Positions 54,320-64,000 of a stretch of 64,000 bases of DNA are shown one piece after another (position 1 is the stretch's first letter; every line of letters begins with the position of its first letter). The stretch lies in NCBI RefSeq assembly GCF_009914755.1, contig NC_060935.1, one strand, 5' to 3'. The stretch comes from the human T2T-CHM13v2.0 reference genome, Homo sapiens. A program made the translations under genes and the position numbers. The notes beneath the pieces were generated by a model, which was not told where the DNA came from, did not search any database, and saw only the letters and a list, made by a program, of their open reading frames with translations.

Positions 54320-55270
54320 TATTAATTGAGTGCCAATGATGTGTCTGGCCCTAAAATAAGTTCTGAAGAGGTTCAGAGAATAATACACAGTATATGTTCT
54401 CAAGAAACTTCTATTTTAGGTAGAGGAAAACCAAAATATAAAGCTTAAAAAGAACCGGAGAGCTATTTGATGCTAAATTATGTTTGGAAACTTACGTGCA
54501 GTGGGAGTTTGAAGAGGAATTCTTAGGTATGTTTGGAAAAAGTTTCTAGCTGTAGGTAGAATTTGAGTTTTGCCTTAAAGAACTGCAAATAATTCATTTA
54601 ATTTAGTAATTTAAAAAGTGAATAATGGGTACATGCTACTTCCCAGGCACCGTGCTAAGCATTTACATGAATTATCTTATTCTCGTAATACATTTTTGAG
54701 CTATGCATTATTATTATCTCTTTTCAACAGGTAGAAAAACCAAGGCTTATCAAACTTAAAGGAATTTGTCAAAAGCCACGCAAGTTACTAAGTGGTGAAG
54801 CCAAACTCAAAAGCAGAGCTGTATGGCTCTTGAGCTGGGCTTGTAACCACTATCTGTAGGACCAGAGTCGGCAGCAGAGAGAGGCCAGAGCGTGGCAAAT
54901 GTATTTCTTGAATACTGAGTAAGTGGCAGGTTATGCTGAGTAGATATTTGGTTGGAAAGGTGAATTGGGGCCCAGTTCAATTTGTCAGGGGTCTTGACTA
55001 CCATTTCATGGAATTTAACTTTATTTTCTGGACGCTGGAGAGTCCAGAAGGTTTTTGAGGCAGGGGATACAATGTTGGAAAGCATTTTCTAGGAAACCGT
55101 AAAGGCCGGAGATAGGGGAACCAGGTAAAAAGATATCTCAGTGGTCAAGGCATGAAGCTTAGGGGCCTGAGAGAGGCGGGTGGAACGGAAAATGGTGGGG
55201 AAAGGTGTCATCGGCACCTTGGAGAAGAATCTTCTTTATTTCTAGAGACAGCAGGGATGTGAGAATGGAC
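54320..55270 (-). mobile_element. L2 fragments with a MIR (~54620-54850)
   Basis: CCAGGCACCGTGCTAAGCATTTACATGAATTATCT; GAAGGTTTTTGAGGCAGGGGA. Confidence 0.6.
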
Positions 55271-55274
55271 AGTA

Positions 55275-55602
<328 letters not shown>

Positions 55603-58344
55603 TTAGGTTTGATATCAGTTTGAACTTCCTTACATTACCGTGAGGAAGGGAGGTTTTGGAGTTCAGAATGTATTAATACATTCTTCAGAGACTTTTAAGG
55701 AAAAGGCAAATTGTGATTTTTTTCTGACACGGTTTAAGTTCTGTCTACATTAGTTCTAGGCTTGTAAGTATTGTATGACCTTTGACTCAATTCAGTTCTG
55801 GATATAATTTAGTTTAGGCCCTGTGACTAAGCTGTTTTATATGGCTTATCTAAGAGCTACCGAGATAAAGGATTTACATAAGTATAGTCTTTCATTCTAA
55901 TGTTGGACTCTGGTAATACTTCTCAGTATGCCAATAAACCTTATTTCCCGTTCCCCTGCCTTCTTTTCTTTAGTATTAATGATAGCCACTAGGTTGGGTG
56001 CAGATCTCAAGGCCGTTCTCTACTGGGTGAGATTCTCTCCAAGTCTCAGATGAGAAACTTCCATAAATCCTTTCCCTAGGCTTCCATAACCCTATGGTTA
56101 CACCTAACCCATGTCCTCAAATCCCATATTAGCATTACATGCAAATGACAGCACTGGGGAGAAGCAGGGAGTGAATCAGAGCCTGTTGATGGCTCTGTTT
56201 TGATTACAGCCATGGGTTTGCTTAAGAAAGATATTGTGCCTTCATTGTGACTGGCATCAAAGGTATGTGAAGATACTACCTAAGCTAGGTGTGAGAAGCC
56301 CAAATACATTATTACTAATGATTTTCATAAGGGCTAAAGAGTTTAGGCCAAAAATAATTAAAGAGAACAATAGTGCTGTCAATAAAACTCCTCAATAATG
56401 AGATAGTAATTAATGGACGAATGGCCTCATTGTTCTTTTTGGCTCTAGGCATTAAGCATCTCATTTTAAAAGTTGTGGTAAGTAGTGCAATATTGCTCAT
56501 TTATATTTTTATTTAGTACTGTTAATTTATTTCACTTTTTATTTAATCTTAAATCTTTTATTTTAATATAAAAATTGGAATGATCCTCTCCTTCCCCCCA
56601 TTATAAACTTTACAAGCAAGAGTGGTTTTGGTGCTTTGGAACTTTCTCAGTTCACTCCCTATGATAGGTCCTGTAATCAGGCTCTTACTACATGTTTTGA
56701 TGGTGTTATTGATGATCATGATGAGTTTCAGGTGTGTTTTTGTTGCCTAATAATACAGATTCTCTGGTGTTCTCTATGACTTCATTGTATGGGGTCAGCC
56801 TGGCCAGTTCTCCTCATGGCCCTTTCTCCCTTTAAGCCCCAGAAGCCATCGGGAAAAGCCTTTCACCTTATTTTTTCAGCAAAGCCTGCAGGATGCCATG
56901 GGGGGATACTCTTACAGGACTATTCTAGGCAGCAAGTTTTTCTTCATACAGTGGTTCAGAGATTTTGGATAAGCAATAAGAATGGTTCTGCTGGGCCCAC
57001 TGGTCATAACTTGTCTAATTAATGCATGTCCCATTACTTTTGATATGTCTCCCTTCTCCCCAGGAAACATCAGATGCTTGCAAACCATTTTCCATATCAC
57101 AGAGCACCGGGCCCTGGAATCTTTCTTGGGCCCCTTCTTAAGACTAGATTGCTCAAAGAGTTGTAGGCCAAGGAATGAATGTATCCTGTGTTGCACAAAA
57201 TACATTTAGATATTTATCAAGACTTAATTTAATGAACTTTTCCTCCCTTGCTCCAACTTTACTTTGTAACCCTCCTCCTGAAGAAAAGGTGCCAACATTC
57301 CACTTTAAGTCTAAGCTGAAATCATAGATGATCCTAAGTGTTTTAGAAGTAAATTAGTGACTCAAGTCCCACCAGTTTTCCTCTGTCTTCCAAATGACAC
57401 TTTTTCCTGAGGCTTCCGATTGGATCCAACGTGACTGGGGCTTTTAGCCCCCTTCTTAGGCTCCTCAGAGTCCATGCTGAGAATGACTCAGCCAATTTCA
57501 GAGATATGGGTTCCTTTTGAAGACCCCTGTTTCATCTTTGACTTTTATAGGAAAGGTTGGATTGGATGGGCTGGCTGTTCTCTGTGTGGGCACTTGAAAG
57601 GTAAGGCCTTCGAACTTGGCCTTCGGGTGTGTTCAGGGCCAGGGACTTGTACACAGAGGAAGTCTGGATGTGCTTTTTAAATCTTAGCACTGTGACTTGA
57701 GTTTTGCCATTTCACCTTGCAGTGTTTGGGAATCGTGTCGTAGATTGTTGACCTAGCCTTGACACTCAGTGGTTGTTGAGGAGTGAGGAGGGTGTGGCTA
57801 GGGGGCGGAGGTGGGAATGTTGGTTGAGAAAGACTACCAAAATGTTAGTGTGTTGAGAAGTAACAGGAACAGTGCTTGGGCATGGAAAAGTTTGGCATGA
57901 CAGCCTCTTCCTACAGAAACTTTCCCAGAAATTTCTCAGGAGGAAGGAGTTGGCTCAGGGTTTCCAATGGATTATCTTTGGCTATGATGCCCAAAGAATC
58001 TTGACACTAAGGATTTATAGCTTTTACTAGTTCTGAATATTAAGAAATAGTAGAGTCCATTAAAAATGCTTGGAGTTTGTTGATATGTTGGGGGCTGGTC
58101 ATTTCCTCCTTGAACTCTGACCTGCTAGAAGCTCTAATGAGTCATGAATGGGCTAATGAGTTGTCACCTTTAGTTTATATTTAAATACTACCTTAGAGAT
58201 GTGAAAACTTGAACCTGACTCTCATAGCTTCATTATGGACCCACAAATGTAACCGACTGGATGGATGGTTTCCACTGAGATTTTGGCCTGGTGTAATTCG
58301 GCTGCTGCTTGAGGCTATTTTTGGAGGCTTTTGGAGTATCGTAG

Positions 58345-58693
<349 letters not shown>

Positions 58694-60360
58694 CAGTGTC
58701 TTTATTTTTATTTTAAAAGATATTACAGCACTCCTGTCTTCTGCCAGTGCTTTGCTAAGTTGTGGGATAATAAAATGGACACAGCTAGATGGGAAGGGTC
58801 ACTGCTCTGCCCTGACTCAGCTCCATTCCCCAGGACAGGGAGGCCACGTCCCAGGAATATTTCTTATCTCCTGCTCTCAGCTGTGCGGTGAAGAGGGAAG
58901 GCAGATCTTTCCTGAAAGGATCAGGTGGCAGCTGGATGGAGAGTGGTGGGCTTGGGTCACTAGAAGAGAGCTGGGGCCCAACGAAAGGAACGCGTGCCTG
59001 CAGGGCAAACTGCATTTTAAACTCTTCTCTTTCAGGGCCTAAAAGTTGCTTTTGTCAAAAATCCTCTTTTCTGTGCCAAACCTGAATAGCAGAGATGAAA
59101 GCACGCTACAGCTGTTGGAGGGGTGTAGGTCTGCTGCAGAATCAGAGTCTGTGTTGGTTGTTACACTTGGTGTGGGAACTGGGTTCTCCGATGCTGACTG
59201 CAAGAGAGGAGATGTTTGGCGAAGGATTGTGCTAGTCCAGAGTTCCTCTGTCAGATCATAACAGTAGCCTCCATTTGTATGGCCTTTGCAGTTTATAATA
59301 GTGCCTATACAATAAAATATGTCAAATATTACATTGTCATTTTCGTAAGTTTCTATTTTCTGATGCAGTTTCAAAACCTTGTTCTGGTACCCATCTTATT
59401 AAGTAGGCAGAAGAGATCCTGCAGTTTAAAAATAGATACTTTAAAATTCTGTGCTTTGAAATAATCTTGGTAAAATTCGACACTGCAGCTTATTGACCTT
59501 ATTTTTCTTTCTGTAGAGAGAATGATGATTTTTGACCCTGTAATCCTGAGCTTAGAACCTAGGGAGAAGAGGAAGCATTTATTTGTTTTTGCACTTTGTT
59601 TTGTACCACATTTGGTAGGTTGTTACCAGCTGAGGAAGTAAATTGACTAATCAGGGGAAACCCAAAGCACTATTGATATCTATCTCTAGGCGTAATGGTT
59701 GCAAATTCTATAAAAAGGCCTCTCTGCTTCTCATGTGGTCAATAAGGAAATGGCTCATGGAAAATGAGAAAATACCTGAACAGCTGGCTGTAAATCTGAG
59801 TTCTCTGCCCACGGGTGTGGCTTGGCTCAGTTCTTTGGACTTGGTAATGGGGTCATTATTTCTGTATTCGATGGATTTCAGAATGTCATGTTATTTCAGC
59901 CCAAGCGGTTCCCCAGGAAACACAACTATTTGCCCTCTTCTTCCCAGCACTGAAACTAGAGTGCCTTCTTTCTCCCAGTCAGGGAGAAACCTCTCCAAAT
60001 AGGGCTTCCTTTATCTTGTAGAAGTTGCTTAGCTTTTCTGTATGTGGGAACATACATAGCTTTTTTTAGTGTATACATTTCTACAGTTTGAAATTTTCTA
60101 CATTGAAACATATTGTTTCCTATTGGGAAGAAGTTGATGTGATCTCTATCACGAATGAAAACATATCCTTTATACTGCCTTTTTCTTTTGGGAATTGGGT
60201 ACCCTGTCATGAGAATTACGGGGGCCTATTCTCAAGTAGTATAACGAACGCCTGGCATAGCTCATTATTAACACACCCTACAAGGTTTTAACTATGTTGG
60301 AATGCACATCAACTGCCTGGAAGACAGAATGTCAGAAAGGAAAGTCTCTGGTAAGTTGTA

Positions 60361-60953
60361 CAGAAAGTCCTCAAACAACATCGTTTCATTCAATGTTGTT
60401 TCATTATAACGTTGATGAAAAACATTAATCTTGGCCTGGCCACTGTCCGTGTGGAGTTTGCACGTTCTCTCCATGTCTGCGTGGGTTTTCTCTGGGTCCT
60501 TCAGTTTCCTCCCATGTCCCAAAGCTGCGCACATGAGGTGAACAGGCGTGCCTACATGGTCCCTGTGTGAGTGAGTGTGGGTGTACATGTGAGTGCGCCC
60601 TGTGTTGGGGGGTGTCCTGTCCAGGGCCGGCCCCCGCCTGGCACCCTGAGCTGCTGAGAAGCTTCTGGCCACCTGCACCCCTGAACTGGAAAAACTGGGT
60701 AAATACTTACCCTACTTCATTTTATTAATCATTCTTCAATGTTTATGTAGTTCATATTTATTTCAGTGTTTCATATTAGAAATCTCTTGGCCTTTGTTTG
60801 GAAGTTTGATGTTTTTGTCGCTAGAAACGTGCTGTAGGAACTTCACTCTTGTTTATATCAATTGGCCTGTGGGAAAATTGGTTTCTTATATTGGTTTCAC
60901 TTAAAGCCGAAGTTTCCAAGAACCTTTCTATAATATTAAGTGAGGACTTTATT
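60361..60953. mobile_element. MER6/MER6A-like TcMar-Tigger DNA transposon containing a V-SINE core
   Basis: TA|CAGAAAGTCCTCA at the left end and TTAAGTGAGGACTTT at the right end (TIRs). Internal GTGTGGAGTTTGCACGTTCTCTCCATGTCTGCGTGGGTTTTCTC. Confidence 0.8.
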
Positions 60954-61190
60954 TTAGAATTGTGGGAGGTAGCGTGATATATACTTAAAGGAGGATGGCC
61001 ATGAATCCAACAGACTTCTGCTCAAATCTCAGACATGTGACCTCATCATGGGATAGTTTCTGTGTGGAGTGAAGGATGTATGTGCAAAGTCCAGCCCCTA
61101 GTGGTGCCCAGTGAGTGTTCCTTCCTTTTGTCCCTCTGTCCTTGGCCTTGAGACTTGTGGGGGAATCTAAAAGACACCAGGCTGATTTAG

Positions 61191-61578
<388 letters not shown>

Positions 61579-62414
61579 TATCAATATTATTTTTTAGTGA
61601 ACAAATCAGTGTCAGTGTTGTGGGCCTTTGGGTTGTAACGCAATCCAAGGTCTACTGTTCCTTTCCCCCCTCCTCCTAAACATGTATTAGCCAAATTTGG
61701 GGAAATTTTCCAAGCAGAAGCTTTTTGGATTGGCTGTTAATACATCACATCATTAGCTGTGAATCTTGGATACACTCAAGCTCTCCCAAAAATAGACCAC
61801 ATGAAGGAGGAAAATAAGAACCCGAGGCCATGCAAGCACTCAGTATTTGGTGGCTCTTGCCCAGAAAGGCAATACAGTGATGTGAACAGAACACTCGTTT
61901 TCTCTCCTCTGGAGGCCTGAGCTCTGTTTCTAGTTCGGACCTCAGCTTTCTTCTGTGTGACTTTGTTTAATGCCCTCTGCCTCATCCATCAAAGACTGGA
62001 TTAGAAAAAATAATCTCTCTTCTGTTATTTAGTGTGTTATTAGCTATAAATCACCTAATCTCAAAGTCTTAATTGTGCATGGTGCAAATATAGTCTTTTG
62101 CCTTTCGTAGTTACAGTCTGGATCACCCATGGGAATATCAGGTAAGTAAATAGTTTATAGTTTATTACTTCACCTCCTTGTGAACTGAGATGATTGAGCA
62201 GAGCTGGAGAAGTTGATATGCATGCATTAATATTTTGTTCTTTGCACACGTATTCAACTAATATTTGTTCAGTTGATACCCTGTGCAAAGTACAGGAAGA
62301 ACACTGTGGGAGATAGAAGTAAAAGGCAAAAACTTTAAATGTGGTTGAGAAATATTAGAGAGACATATTGTTTCCTAGTGTAATATTAGTCATAAAATCA
62401 TTGTACCTTGGTAC

Positions 62415-62560
62415 CAAAAAGGGACCTTCAAAATCATCTCATTCCCTCATTTACGGATGAGGAATATTCAGAGCAAGAAAGACCTCACTGTGGCCCAGAG
62501 GCTGAGCAAGTTTAACGGGGTTGTCAAGGCCAGAGTTCAACCTTCATAGACAGGATTTGG
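62415..62560 (-). mobile_element. MIR
   Basis: CCCTCATTTACGGATGAGGAA. Confidence 0.55.
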
Positions 62561-63554
62561 CTCCGTGCAAGGGAAGAGAAAGGCCTTCTTGCTGTAGGGA
62601 GCAACTGTCTTTGGTCCTGGTAGCCAGTTGGATACCGTGGTTTGCGAACCGATGTGCATTGTGTTGCAAAATCTTATTGCTGTTATTCCTGTGGTTACCC
62701 CTTATTATAGTAGTGTCTTCAAGAGGAAGACTCAAACATGAGTAAATATTGATGTCTCATGTAAAAATTTTCCCTCAACTGTTTGGGGATGCACTGGCTG
62801 CCATTTATTCTTAACAGCTTAAATAAAAGAGAAAGGGAGAGGAACTCTCATTCTATCCAACAAAATCCTTCCATCAAACACAGAGCTTCCCTTTCCTCCT
62901 TACTTCAACAGGTAGATTCCTTCAAAGTTGGAATCCTTTTTGTAACATAGTTTGATGACCCCTGTGTGCATTGGATGCATAATCACTAAGGATACACATC
63001 TATTAGAAATGAATAGAATACCAAAAAGAGAAAATCAATGGGATTCCATAGAAGTCATATAACTGACTGCGTGAGATGGAAACATCCTGATGGAAATGCC
63101 TGTATGATGCCAGTCATCACAGTAATGGGAAATCTTCCGATCACTGACTATATTTTGGGGGCCTTGCCAGACACTGGTTTGTTTGCAGGTGCTCCGGTTT
63201 AATGACTTGCCTTCATGTTCCAGCAACGAGCTCTTCCTGCTTGTCCTTACTCTGTGGAACCAATTCCAACATCAGAAGTTGAAATGAGGCACAAATGCCT
63301 TTTCCTCTATTTTCTCTACTCCTCAGGTTTTTGGTTTTACTTTTTTTTTTGGACAGTTATAATTTGGCAAATTTGTATACTTTTATACTGGCATATCTTA
63401 AACTTTTACCTGTTGCTTTATATCATTCAGTTTGGATCACATTGGAATCTCAGCTAACCTCATTCTTAGAATGTCAGTTAAATGCCACTCTTTCATGAGA
63501 ATCCTGATGGCCTATACTTGGTTAGATCTTCCTGAATACTCTTTTTCCTCCCCT

Positions 63555-63671
63555 TAGAGATGGGGTCTTGCTCTGTTGTCCAGGCTGGCCTCGATTGCCT
63601 GGCTTCAAATGATCTCCTGCCTCATCTTTCCCAAGTGCTAGCTTTACAGACATGAGCCACTGTGCCCAGCC
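63555..63671 (-). mobile_element. FLAM / Alu monomer
   Basis: Single antisense monomer. Confidence 0.85.
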
Positions 63672-63780
63672 CCTCAACACTCTTTATAGCACCTGAACTA
63701 CTGCTTTTTAAATCATCTGCCATCCTGGCTAGACCCTACGCTGGACAAGGACCTGGTCTGTCTTTTATGCATTTATTTAA

Positions 63781-64000
<220 letters not shown>

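Overview
This is primate (most likely human) genomic DNA covering the 5' end of the homeobox gene BARX2 on the + strand. It holds about 17 kb of upstream sequence, a multi-part CpG-island promoter (~14.1-18.0 kb) and coding exon 1 (ATG 17536 to splice donor 17723, encoding the eh1 motif FMIDEIL). The remaining ~46 kb is intron 1; no homeodomain exon was seen. Much of the rest is interspersed repeat: about 25 Alu/FLAM copies (many with readable TSDs), L1, L2, MIR, MER5, MER58 and MER6 DNA transposons, and two MER66-like ERV1 solo LTRs. All other ORFs in the track look spurious. I found no convincing new gene or new biological system. The best leads are regulatory: (1) an identical PBX-MEIS + E-box 13-mer in both the promoter and a cluster ~4 kb upstream; (2) a perfect 34-bp duplication in intron 1 that doubles an NR4A (NBRE) site; (3) a co-oriented CTCF-like cluster ~11.7 kb upstream; (4) an intronic homeodomain/SOX/MEIS-HOX cluster with a near-consensus BARX2 site; (5) start-codon architecture that could toggle the eh1 motif; (6) an antisense Alu primed for exonisation. 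Repeat family names come from recalled consensus sequences, and boundaries of old repeats are approximate.
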